Shown here in pieces: positions 18,252 to 26,733 of a stretch of DNA of 64,000 nucleotides. The notes beneath the pieces were generated by a model. That model was not told the DNA's origin. It saw only the letters and a program-made list of their open reading frames with translations, and did not search any database. The stretch is from Mycobacteriales bacterium (GTDB lineage: Bacteria; Actinomycetota; Actinomycetes; JAFAQI01), in contig DASZTL010000078.1 of assembly GCA_035548055.1 (NCBI GenBank), positions 988 through 64,987 on the forward strand. Reading direction: 5' to 3'. A program made the translations under genes and the position numbers. Within the stretch, counting starts at the first letter, position 1. Each line of letters opens with the position of its first letter.

Positions 18252-21200
18252 TTACTTGGAGGTAAGCGCGGCCAACGCCTTTTGTGACGCAGCGAGCTCG
18301 CCGCGCATCTCGGTTGCACCCGACAGCGCGATCGCCTGTCGTACCGCGAAGCGCGCCGCCGGAAGGTCCCCGACCGCGAGCAGGCAGTTGCTGAGCACGC
18401 GCAGCGCGACCACCCGCGAGCGCACGTCCTGCGCCGGCTGAGCCAGCGCCTCGTGCGCGACGCGCAGCGCCTCGGCGATCTCGCCGAGCTCGAGCAACCC
18501 GCCGGCCAGATGGGCAAGCGCCTGTCGACGCGGGAACGCCAGCGATGCGTCGCTGACGACCTGCGCCTCCCGCAGCAGCTCTACTGCCTCCGTCGTCTCG
18601 CCACGCGCTCGCAACGCCTGCGCGAGCAACACCCGAAGGCTGACGAGGGCACCCGGCCGCAGATCGAGACCTTGAGAGCGTGACAGCGCCTCTCGCGCCG
18701 CCGCTTCCGCTGCGGATGCGTCACCGAGGTCGAGCCGGCAGTACCCGATGTTCACGGTGGCGAGCGCGGCAGGCAACGGATGACGCGCCTTCTCTGCGAG
18801 CTCGATTGCTTGCTCGAGCCGCCGGATCGCCTTGCGCTGGCGACCCTGCCCCCGCAACGCCGCCGCGGACGCGAGTGAGGCCATGCACTGGCCCCACGTG
18901 TCGCCCAGCGCCTCGAACTCGTCGTACGCCGCGGACGCCTCCTCGAGCGCCGCCGTGATGTAGCCGAGCTCGGCGGCGGCAAACCCGTCGATGATCATGC
19001 AGGCCGCGGTCCCCCACGCGTCACCGAGCGCGCGCCCGAGCGGCATCAGGCCCTGCGCCAGCTCTCTGGCCTCGGCCAGCCGACCCTGGAGCAGGCGCAC
19101 GAAGGCCTCGGTACCGGCGCACCACGACAGGCCGTCGTCGTCGTCGAGACCCGCGAACACGTCCGCGGCAGCAGCGAGGCGCGCCTCTGCCTGTCCGTAG
19201 TCGCCGCGCGTCGTCGCGTTCCAGGCCAGGTGCTGCAACGCCCACCCGGCACCCCGCCGGTCGCCAACCCGTTCGGCAAGCGCGAGGGCCTGCTCGAACC
19301 GCTCCTCCGCGGCGGAGAGACGGCCGCCGAGGAAGTCGATCATCCCGAGCTGGCGCAGTGCCTCGCCGGTCACGCGGTCGTGACCCGAGTCGCTCGCTGC
19401 CGCGAGCGCGGTGACCAGTGCCTCTCTCGCCCGCGCCTCGTCGCCGCGCCGACGCAACAGGTCACCTTGCACGACATAGGCCGCGGCACGGGTCCTCAGA
19501 TCGGGCGAAGCCAGGGGTCCGTCGAGATCCGCCTCGGCTTCATCGAGGTGGTGCAGTGCAACTCGCGCCGCCGCCCGGCGCACGAACGACCGGGCGGTCA
19601 CCGCGACCGGAAGCTGACCGTCGGCAAGCTCGAGGCCACGAGTCAACAACGCCTCGGCGCGCGAGTTGTCGTCACGCGCAAGCGCCGACTCTCCCAGCCG
19701 ATCGAGCGCACCGAACCCGATCTCGCGCGCCGCCCATGCCGGATCGCCGGGTGGCAGGTTCATCTCCGTCGCCAGCAGGATGGCCTGCTCCGACTGGGCG
19801 GCAACGAAGGCGTCCGTGTCGACCGGCGACCACTGCAGCCCGTCGATGGCCCATCGTGCAACCGTCGCGTGCCGGCGCGCCCGCTCTCCTTTGGGAATGC
19901 CCGCGTAGGCGACGTCGCGGGCGAGGGCGTGGGTGAACACGTAGTGCGGGACGGCCTCTGCGCCGTCACCGGTCGGGCGAAGCAGACCGCGCGACACCAG
20001 CTCCTCCAGTGCCGGCCCAAGCTGCTGCGCGACGGCCTCGCCGGTGGGCCACAGCGCATGCAACATCTCGAAGGAGAAGCGATTGCCGATCACCGACACA
20101 TCGCGAACCAGTGATCGCGCCATCGGTGACAGCCCGTCGATTCGAGCGGCCAGCACCGCCTGCACGCCGGCCGGAAGCACCTCCCGGGGGAGCTCCCCAT
20201 CAAGATGCCAGCCGTCGCCATCGCGGCGCAGCAGGCCACGGTCCACGAGCAGATGCAGGAGCTCGGCGAGGAAGAACGGGTTGCCCTGCGCACGACCGAG
20301 CAACAGCTCGCGAGAGTCCTGATCCAGCTCTGCGCCGTCGAGATAGGCCCGCAGCAGGCGTTCGCTGGCGGGTTCGTCGAGCGGCACCAGCGGAAGCAGC
20401 TCGATGTCGGGCATGTCTTCCCACCACGTCGTCGTGACCAGATCGGGACGACCGACCGCCACGAACATCACGGGACCCTCGACGTCCTTGGACAGCCGCG
20501 CCAGCGCGTCGAGCAGGTCACCAGTCGCCCACTGCGCGTCGTCGACGACGAGGACGAGTGGCCCTTCGGCGACGAGCGCGGTGAGTACCGCCGCGACGGC
20601 TTCGAGCATCGGGTCGCGGGACAGGTCGACGGCACCCGGGGCAGTCGAGTCCCTCGGACCGATCGGCGCCCACTCGACAAGCCCCAGCAAGGCAAGCAGA
20701 CGGTCGATGGTGGGTGCGCCGATGGGCCGGCCCACCCCTGACAGGCGGGTGATGGTCTTCCGCACACGCGCGATGGCCGCGTCGACGTCGTCGTCCTCAG
20801 TGATCCCGAACGCGGTGCGCATCCAGTCGGCGAGCGGGGAGAGCTCCCGGCTCTCGCCGTACGGCGCGCATCTCCCCCACAGCACGCGCACCCCGGGTAG
20901 CTCGCCGGCGAACTCGGCCAGCTCCATGGCGAGACGCGTCTTGCCGACGCCCGCGTCGCCCGTCACGACGACGGAGGCCGCTCGGCCACGTTCTACGACA
21001 TCGAGCACCCGGCCGACGAGGCGGCCGTACTCAGCGTCACGCCCGATGAACGGGGCCTCCTCGCCGAGGCCAATCCGCGGGGCACCCGGCGGCCGGAGCC
21101 CGACGAGCTCATAGGCCGGGACCGGTTCGCGCTTGCCCTTCAGGCGCAGCGGCGGCAGCGACCGCCACGAGGCGATGGACATCGTCGCGACCGCGGTCGA

Positions 21201-21755
21201 CCGGCCGGCGAACACCGCGCCGATACCGGCAGCGTCCGAAAGCCGGGATGCCGTGTTCACCGTGTCGCCCACGACGGTGTAGGACAGCGATGCCTGAACA
21301 CCGGCCAGCACCTCACCGGTGTTCAGCCCGACTCGAAGACCCATCCGGCGGCCGCCGCCGGACTCCTCCTCCATCACCCGACGCACCGCCGCTTGCATCT
21401 CGGCGGCGGCACGCACGGCGCGTTCCGTGTCGTCCTCGTGCGCGGTCGGAGCGCCGAACACCGCCATGATCCCGTCGCCGGTCAGCTTGTCGATGGTGCC
21501 ACCGTGATCGGTGACGGAGCGGCCGAGCACGGCGAGCACGTGGTCGGTCACGACGCCGACGCGCTCCGGGTCCACACCCTCCGCCCACGCCGTGAAGTCG
21601 GAGAGGTCGCCGAAGAGAACGGTGACGATGCGACGTTCGGCGGTGGTCTCGGCGGTCAGCTCGGAGGTGTCGAGCAGCGCCCCGCAGGCATAACAGAACC
21701 GGGCTGAGGCAATGGTCGGCGTCCCGCAGACCGGGCAGGTGAGCGGAGCGGTCAC
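18252..21755 (-). CDS. Zinc-ribbon + class III adenylate cyclase + AAA/STAND P-loop NTPase + TPR-like repeats
   Basis: ORF 18252..21980 trimmed to GTG 21755 (GAGGA 8 nt upstream). Has CPVCG..CYACG; cyclase motifs FGDLSDF, DKLTGDGIMAVFG and GDTVNTASR; Walker A GDAGVGKT; and about 700 aa of helical repeats. No C-terminal HTH recognised. Confidence 0.85.
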   Translation of the reverse strand: MTAPLTCPVCGTPTIASARFCYACGALLDTSELTAETTAERRIVTVLFGDLSDFTAWAEGVDPERVGVVTDHVLAVLGRSVTDHGGTIDKLTGDGIMAVFGAPTAHEDDTERAVRAAAEMQAAVRRVMEEESGGGRRMGLRVGLNTGEVLAGVQASLSYTVVGDTVNTASRLSDAAGIGAVFAGRSTAVATMSIASWRSLPPLRLKGKREPVPAYELVGLRPPGAPRIGLGEEAPFIGRDAEYGRLVGRVLDVVERGRAASVVVTGDAGVGKTRLAMELAEFAGELPGVRVLWGRCAPYGESRELSPLADWMRTAFGITEDDDVDAAIARVRKTITRLSGVGRPIGAPTIDRLLALLGLVEWAPIGPRDSTAPGAVDLSRDPMLEAVAAVLTALVAEGPLVLVVDDAQWATGDLLDALARLSKDVEGPVMFVAVGRPDLVTTTWWEDMPDIELLPLVPLDEPASERLLRAYLDGAELDQDSRELLLGRAQGNPFFLAELLHLLVDRGLLRRDGDGWHLDGELPREVLPAGVQAVLAARIDGLSPMARSLVRDVSVIGNRFSFEMLHALWPTGEAVAQQLGPALEELVSRGLLRPTGDGAEAVPHYVFTHALARDVAYAGIPKGERARRHATVARWAIDGLQWSPVDTDAFVAAQSEQAILLATEMNLPPGDPAWAAREIGFGALDRLGESALARDDNSRAEALLTRGLELADGQLPVAVTARSFVRRAAARVALHHLDEAEADLDGPLASPDLRTRAAAYVVQGDLLRRRGDEARAREALVTALAAASDSGHDRVTGEALRQLGMIDFLGGRLSAAEERFEQALALAERVGDRRGAGWALQHLAWNATTRGDYGQAEARLAAAADVFAGLDDDDGLSWCAGTEAFVRLLQGRLAEARELAQGLMPLGRALGDAWGTAACMIIDGFAAAELGYITAALEEASAAYDEFEALGDTWGQCMASLASAAALRGQGRQRKAIRRLEQAIELAEKARHPLPAALATVNIGYCRLDLGDASAAEAAAREALSRSQGLDLRPGALVSLRVLLAQALRARGETTEAVELLREAQVVSDASLAFPRRQALAHLAGGLLELGEIAEALRVAHEALAQPAQDVRSRVVALRVLSNCLLAVGDLPAARFAVRQAIALSGATEMRGELAASQKALAALTSK

Positions 21756-21765
21756 GATGCGATCC

Positions 21766-22539
21766 TCAGCCGCGCTCGCGCAGGTAGTCGAGCTGCGCGC
21801 GTACTGACAGAAGTGCGTAGGGCCACAGCGACTCATCAACGTCGGCGTAGACGCGGCGTACGACGGCGTCTTCGTCCTCGTCTCCTGCCGCGAGCGCGGC
21901 CCGAACCTGGTCGAGGCGCTCCGCGCGGTGCGCGATGTAGTACTCCATGACCTCGAGCGGATGCTCCACCACCGGGCCATGCCCGGGCAGGATCAGGTCG
22001 ATGTCACCAGCTGCGATGTCCCGCAGGCGCCGCATCGACTCGAGGTAGTCGCCCAGCACGCCGTCGGGATGGGAGATGACGGCGGTGCCGCGGCCAAGCA
22101 CCGAGTCGCCGGTGATCAACGCCCGATCTGACTCGAGGACGAGGCTGACCGAGTCGCTGGAGTGTCCCGGTGTGAGAACGGTCAGCCAGTCGAGGCCGGC
22201 AACCTTCGTCCGGCCCGGGCGGTCGGGGATCGGGTCCACGTCGATGCAGAGCTCGGGGTCCCGAGCGATCACCGGCGCGCCGGTCCGCTCGTGCAGCTCC
22301 GGTGCGCACTCGCTGTGGTCGAAGTGACCGTGGGTGAGGACAATCGCCGCAATCTCGCCAAGCGCCGCGACCTCGTCGATGTGCCCGTTCTCGACCGGCC
22401 CCGGGTCAACGACCACCGCGCCGCCGTCGCCGCCTGGCGCCCGCAGCACCCATGTGTTGGTGCCGTCCAACGTCATCGGCCCGGGGTTCGGTGCAAGCAG
22501 TCGCGACACGCTCGCCGTAACGGCTTCGAGCTTCGTCAC
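21766..22539 (-). CDS. MBL-fold metallo-hydrolase (Rv3677c-like)
   Basis: ORF 21766..23157 trimmed to GTG 22539. Contains LTHGHFDHS. GTGA overlap with the upstream Nudix gene. Confidence 0.85.
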   Translation of the reverse strand: MTKLEAVTASVSRLLAPNPGPMTLDGTNTWVLRAPGGDGGAVVVDPGPVENGHIDEVAALGEIAAIVLTHGHFDHSECAPELHERTGAPVIARDPELCIDVDPIPDRPGRTKVAGLDWLTVLTPGHSSDSVSLVLESDRALITGDSVLGRGTAVISHPDGVLGDYLESMRRLRDIAAGDIDLILPGHGPVVEHPLEVMEYYIAHRAERLDQVRAALAAGDEDEDAVVRRVYADVDESLWPYALLSVRAQLDYLRERG

Positions 22540-23396
22540 CTGGCGGGCTCGTGCGGGTAGCCCGGCTCGTGCGGCAGCAGGAACTTCAGCTGGTCGTTCT
22601 CGTCGAAGAGGAGCTTCGGCAGGATGCGTGTGACGGTGCGGCCCCCTGCCGCCTCGAGCACGTCCGCGACGGATCCGAACTCCGCCAGATCGCGCAGCGA
22701 AGTGAGCGTCGGGGGCATCAGCATCATCTCGCCGCGCTCGTTGCCCTCCAGCGCCGCTTGCGGGCGCATCCAGGCGACCCGATCGGCCTCGCCGCCCACG
22801 TCTCGGGTGCGCTGCCCCTCGGGCAGGGCCGCCACGAAGAACCTGGTGTCGAAGCGACGGGACTCGACCTCGGGGGTGAGCCAGTGGGTCCAGGGCTGCA
22901 GCAGATCGGCGCGCACGACCAGACCGCGCCGCCCCATCAGCTCCGCCAACGAGAGCGAGCGGTCGATCAGTGCCAGCCGGTCGGCCTCCCAGTCGTCGCC
23001 GCTGGTGTCCGCGACGACCGTCGTACCGTCCGCGCCGGCGAGTAGGACCCCCGACTCCTCGAATGTCTCTCGCACCGCGGCGCACACCAGCGCGCGCGCC
23101 AGCCGCTGGTCGCTGGAGAGGTCGGTCGCCCACGCGGCGAACGAGCGACCAACCCACGCCTCGTCCGGCAGGTCCTCGTCACGCAGGTCGACCGATCCGC
23201 CGGGAAAGACGAACGCGCCTGCGGCGAATGCCATCGACGCCGCGCGCCGCAGCAGGTAGACCTCAGGTCCGTCACTGCCGTCGCGAAGCATGATCACGGT
23301 CGCGGCGTGCCGCGGCTCCACCGGCTGGACCTCACCGGCGTTGAGCTTGCGCAACGTGTCGACCAACCCGGCGAACATCTCCGATGCCTCGGCCAT
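22536..23396 (-). CDS. NUDIX-family hydrolase
   Basis: Has ..AFVFPGGSVDLRD.. and ..CAAVRETFEESGVLLA.. (Nudix-box-like). 286 aa. Confidence 0.8.
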   Translation of the reverse strand: MAEASEMFAGLVDTLRKLNAGEVQPVEPRHAATVIMLRDGSDGPEVYLLRRAASMAFAAGAFVFPGGSVDLRDEDLPDEAWVGRSFAAWATDLSSDQRLARALVCAAVRETFEESGVLLAGADGTTVVADTSGDDWEADRLALIDRSLSLAELMGRRGLVVRADLLQPWTHWLTPEVESRRFDTRFFVAALPEGQRTRDVGGEADRVAWMRPQAALEGNERGEMMLMPPTLTSLRDLAEFGSVADVLEAAGGRTVTRILPKLLFDENDQLKFLLPHEPGYPHEPAR

Positions 23397-23401
23397 GACC
23401 G

Positions 23402-23866
23402 CTACCCCCGTACCTTCGCCACGAGCTCGACCTCGACCGGAACGTCGAGCGGAAGAACCGAAACTCCGACCGCACTGCGAGCGTGCCGGCCGGCTTCCCC
23501 GAACACCGCGACGAGCAGCTCGCTCGCGCCGTTCACGACGGCGGGCTGCCCTGAGAAGGAAGGGGCACTGGCGACGAAACCGACAACCTTCACGATCCGC
23601 TCGACCTGGTCCAGGTCGCCGATCTCCGCCTTCAGCGCCGCGATCGCGTTGAGCGCGCAGACCCGGGCGAGGTCAGCGGCCTGCTCGGGCGTGATCTCCG
23701 CGCCGACCTTTCCGGTCGCCAGGATCTTCCCCTCGACGACCGGCACCTGACCGGAGACCCACACGAGGTCGCCCGAATGCGCTGCGGGCACGTAGGCGGC
23801 GACCGGCGGCACCACCGGCGGCACCTCGAGCCCGAGCTCGGCGAGGCGGTCGTCGACCGCGCCCAT
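23402..23866 (-). CDS. RidA/YjgF-family reactive-intermediate deaminase
   Basis: Has ..VWVSGQVPVVEGKILATGKVG.. and ..ARSAVGVSVLPLDVPVEVE... Confidence 0.9.
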   Translation of the reverse strand: MGAVDDRLAELGLEVPPVVPPVAAYVPAAHSGDLVWVSGQVPVVEGKILATGKVGAEITPEQAADLARVCALNAIAALKAEIGDLDQVERIVKVVGFVASAPSFSGQPAVVNGASELLVAVFGEAGRHARSAVGVSVLPLDVPVEVELVAKVRG

Positions 23867-24037
23867 CTACTTCCCAGCCTCCAGCAGCGGGCGCTTGAGG
23901 TAGGCGACGACCTGATCACCGCCGCCGGGGGCGGGAACGACCTGGACGAGCTCCCAGCCGTCCGTGCCCCACTGGTCGAGGATCTGCTTGGTCGCGTGGA
24001 CCAGCAATGGAACCGTCGCGTACTCCCACTTCGTCAC
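23867..24037 (-). CDS. DUF4177-like small protein (Rv3678A-like)
   Basis: 56 aa, below the ORF-track size cutoff: VTKWEYATVPLLVHATKQILDQWGTDGWELVQVVPAPGGGDQVVAYLKRPLLEAGK. Its stop abuts the RidA start. Confidence 0.7.
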   Translation of the reverse strand: MTKWEYATVPLLVHATKQILDQWGTDGWELVQVVPAPGGGDQVVAYLKRPLLEAGK

Positions 24038-24062
24038 AGCCTGAGCCTAAAGCTGCGCCGAA

Positions 24063-24129
24063 GCGATGCCACATCGCATAGGCGATCCAGCCGAAAGTCC
24101 CGCGTTTTGCCTATGCAATGTGACATCGC
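24063..24129. repeat. Imperfect 21-bp inverted repeat (long stem-loop) downstream of the WhiB-family gene
   Basis: GCGATGCCACATCGCATAGGC (24063-24083) pairs with GCCTATGCAATGTGACATCGC (24109-24129). There are 2 mismatches, both of which are G-U compatible on the minus-strand RNA. The loop is 25 nt. Confidence 0.5.
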
Positions 24130-24160
24130 TTGGGCAGGCCGAGCGATCGAGCGGGCTTGC

Positions 24161-24424
24161 CTACGCCGACGCGGCCCTTCGGCTGCGGAGGAGCCGCTTG
24201 CGCTCGAGCTCGTTGAGGCCGCCCCAGATGCCGTGATTCTCGGCAACCGTCAGGGAGTAGTTCAGGCACTCCTCTTTGACCTTGCACCTGCGGCACAGCG
24301 CCCGAGCAGTGCCCTCGCGCAGGTCCTTCTCAGGCTTGCGCTCAAAGTGACTGGGGGCGTAGAAGTACGTCGCGTTCTCCGCCTGGCACTCAGCGCCGGC
24401 CCGCCACGTCAGCTCGTCATACAT
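24161..24424 (-). CDS. WhiB-family Fe-S transcriptional regulator
   Basis: Four Cys in the pattern C..(n)..CRRCKVKEEC, plus GIWGG and a basic tail. ATG 24424 is preceded by GGTGAGGA. The longer ORF to 24508 is possible. Confidence 0.85.
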   Translation of the reverse strand: MYDELTWRAGAECQAENATYFYAPSHFERKPEKDLREGTARALCRRCKVKEECLNYSLTVAENHGIWGGLNELERKRLLRSRRAASA

Positions 24425-24582
24425 GGGGGTCCTCACCTTCAGCTCGCTGGGCTCGCTGAGGTGTGGTTCGACAGTCCACCAGGGTTTCCTGCGAGCCATT
24501 CGGACCAATCCGGCGCCCGTCGGCCACCGGACCGGGTGCCGCGGCCCGCCAGCGATGCCCCCGCGACCTCTTACCCTGAGGT

Positions 24583-25563
24583 GTGGCCGAGTTCCCCGCC
24601 GTGAAGCTGCACGTCGTCAGCGGCAAGGGTGGAACCGGTAAGACGACGATCGCGGCGGGGCTCGCGCTGGCCCTTGCGGCCGGTGGCCGTCAGGTTCTCC
24701 TCACCGAGGTCGAGGCACGCCAGGGCATCGCGCAGCTGTTCGACACCCCGCCGTTGCCCTACGAGGAACGCCGGGTCGCGGTGGCCCGTGGCGGCGGTGA
24801 GGTCTACGCGCTCGCCATCGACCCGGAGCAGGCCCTGCTGGAGTACCTCGAGCAGTTCTACAACCTGCGCCGGGCCGGCTCGATGCTCAAGAAGCTCGGG
24901 GCGATCGACTTCGCGACCACGATCGCGCCCGGCCTGCGTGACGTCCTCCTCACCGGCAAGGTGATGGAGGCCGCGACCCGCGAGCGCCGGGGCGGCGGCC
25001 GGATCTATGACGCCGTGGTCCTCGACGCGCCGCCGACCGGTCGCATCGCGAAGTTCCTGAACGTCAACACCGAGGTCGCCGCGCTGACCCGCATGGGCCC
25101 GGTCCGCAACCAGGCGAACAGCGTCATGACGCTGCTGCGATCGCCGAGGACCGCTGTCCACCTCGTCACGGTGCTCGAGGAGATGCCGGTCCAGGAGACG
25201 GTCGACGGCATCGCCGAGCTGATCGCGACGGATCTCAAGCCCGGCGCGGTGATCGTCAACATGGTGCGCGACCCACTGATCCCCGAGGACCGGATCGGTG
25301 ACGCGGCCGCAGGCAGCGTGGACACCGACGACATCGCCCGCGGTCTGAAGGTCGCCGGCGTCGAGGGCGACCCTGCGACGGTGGCATCACTCGCCGCCGA
25401 GATGAGTGACCACGCGCGCCGGGTCATGCTCGAGCGGCAAGAGCTCGAGACGCTCTCGACGCTGGACCGCCCGACGTACCAGGTCCCCTACATCTCAGAC
25501 GCCACCGAGCTCTCCGGTCTGCAGGAGATCGCGGACCGGCTGCAGGCAGCGGGGATGGTCTAG
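24583..25563 (+). CDS. ArsA/GET3-family ATPase (Rv3679-like)
   Basis: P-loop SGKGGTGKTT. The start may instead be GTG 24601 (VKLHVVSGKGG). Confidence 0.85.
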   Translation: MAEFPAVKLHVVSGKGGTGKTTIAAGLALALAAGGRQVLLTEVEARQGIAQLFDTPPLPYEERRVAVARGGGEVYALAIDPEQALLEYLEQFYNLRRAGSMLKKLGAIDFATTIAPGLRDVLLTGKVMEAATRERRGGGRIYDAVVLDAPPTGRIAKFLNVNTEVAALTRMGPVRNQANSVMTLLRSPRTAVHLVTVLEEMPVQETVDGIAELIATDLKPGAVIVNMVRDPLIPEDRIGDAAAGSVDTDDIARGLKVAGVEGDPATVASLAAEMSDHARRVMLERQELETLSTLDRPTYQVPYISDATELSGLQEIADRLQAAGMV

Positions 25564-26724
25564 ATGACGACGCCGGCAACGAGCGCCTCGCCTACCTCGA
25601 TGGAGGTCGACCGGTTGCTGAGCGAGGCGCGAATCCTCGTCTGCTGCGGGGCTGGCGGGGTCGGCAAGACGACGACTGCCGCAGCCCTCGCCGTACGTGC
25701 CGCCGAGCAAGGCCGCTCGGTCTGCGTGCTCACCATCGACCCCGCTCGCCGGTTGGCGCAGGCGATGGGCTTGACCGAGCTCGACAACACCCCGAGAGCA
25801 GTCTCCGGAATCGACACCGCAGCGGGCGGGCGGCTCGACGCGATGATGCTCGACATGAAGCGGACGTTCGACGACATCGTGTTGGCGCACGCCGACGACG
25901 CGCGCGCGAAGGCGATCCTCGCGAACCCGTTCTACGTCTCCTTGTCGTCGAGCTTCGCGGGCACGCAGGAGTACATGGCGATGGAGAAGCTCGGCCAGCT
26001 CAAAGCGACCGGCAAGTGGGAGCTGATCGTCGTAGACACGCCGCCGAGCCGGTCGGCCTTGGACTTCCTCGACGCACCGCAGCGGCTCGGGCGGTTCCTC
26101 GACGGACGGATGATCCGGCTGCTGACCGCGCCGGCTCGTGCCGGCGGTCGTGCCTATCTGAAGGTCTTCACGATCGGCGTGAAGATGTTCACCGACGTTC
26201 TCAACCGAATGCTGGGCGCGCAAGCGCTGAAGGATCTCAGCCTCTTCGTGTCCTCGCTCGAGACGATGTTCGGTGGCTTCCGCGAGCGCGCGGACCAGAC
26301 CTACAAGCTCCTCAAAGAGCCCGGTACGGCGTTCGTCGTGGTTGCCGTGCCCGAACGGGATGCGCTGCGTGAAGCGGCGTACTTCGTCGAACGGCTCGAG
26401 ACCGAGCAGATGCCGCTTGCCGGGATGGTTCTCAACCGAATGCACACGTCGGGCGCCGCCGAGCTGTCGGTCGAGCGTTCCATCGCGGCGGCAGAGACGC
26501 TCAACGCCACCGGCGACGAGCCATTCGCTGCAGCCGCGTTGCGGGTGCACGCCGACCGCCTCAGTGCCGCCATCCGCGACGCTCGGCGCGCCTCGCAGTT
26601 CCACGCCGCGCACCCCCGCGTACGCATGGTCGAGGTGGCAGCCCAGGCAAGCGACGTGCACGACCTCGAAGGACTTCGCGCGATCGGCGCCGACTTGGCG
26701 ACGAACCCCGTCGGCGCCGCATAG
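25564..26724 (+). CDS. ArsA/GET3-family ATPase (Rv3680-like)
   Basis: P-loop CGAGGVGKTT. The ATG directly follows the upstream TAG. Confidence 0.85.
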   Translation: MTTPATSASPTSMEVDRLLSEARILVCCGAGGVGKTTTAAALAVRAAEQGRSVCVLTIDPARRLAQAMGLTELDNTPRAVSGIDTAAGGRLDAMMLDMKRTFDDIVLAHADDARAKAILANPFYVSLSSSFAGTQEYMAMEKLGQLKATGKWELIVVDTPPSRSALDFLDAPQRLGRFLDGRMIRLLTAPARAGGRAYLKVFTIGVKMFTDVLNRMLGAQALKDLSLFVSSLETMFGGFRERADQTYKLLKEPGTAFVVVAVPERDALREAAYFVERLETEQMPLAGMVLNRMHTSGAAELSVERSIAAAETLNATGDEPFAAAALRVHADRLSAAIRDARRASQFHAAHPRVRMVEVAAQASDVHDLEGLRAIGADLATNPVGAA

Positions 26725-26733
26725 GCTTTCGGC

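Noticed and set aside
24456-24480. Possible Crp site GTGTGG-TTCGACAG-TCCAC upstream of the WhiB-family gene
   Set aside because: Half-sites and spacing do not fit TGTGA-N6-TCACA. Only a 4-bp GTGG/CCAC dyad is solid. Kept only as part of the direct-repeat observation.
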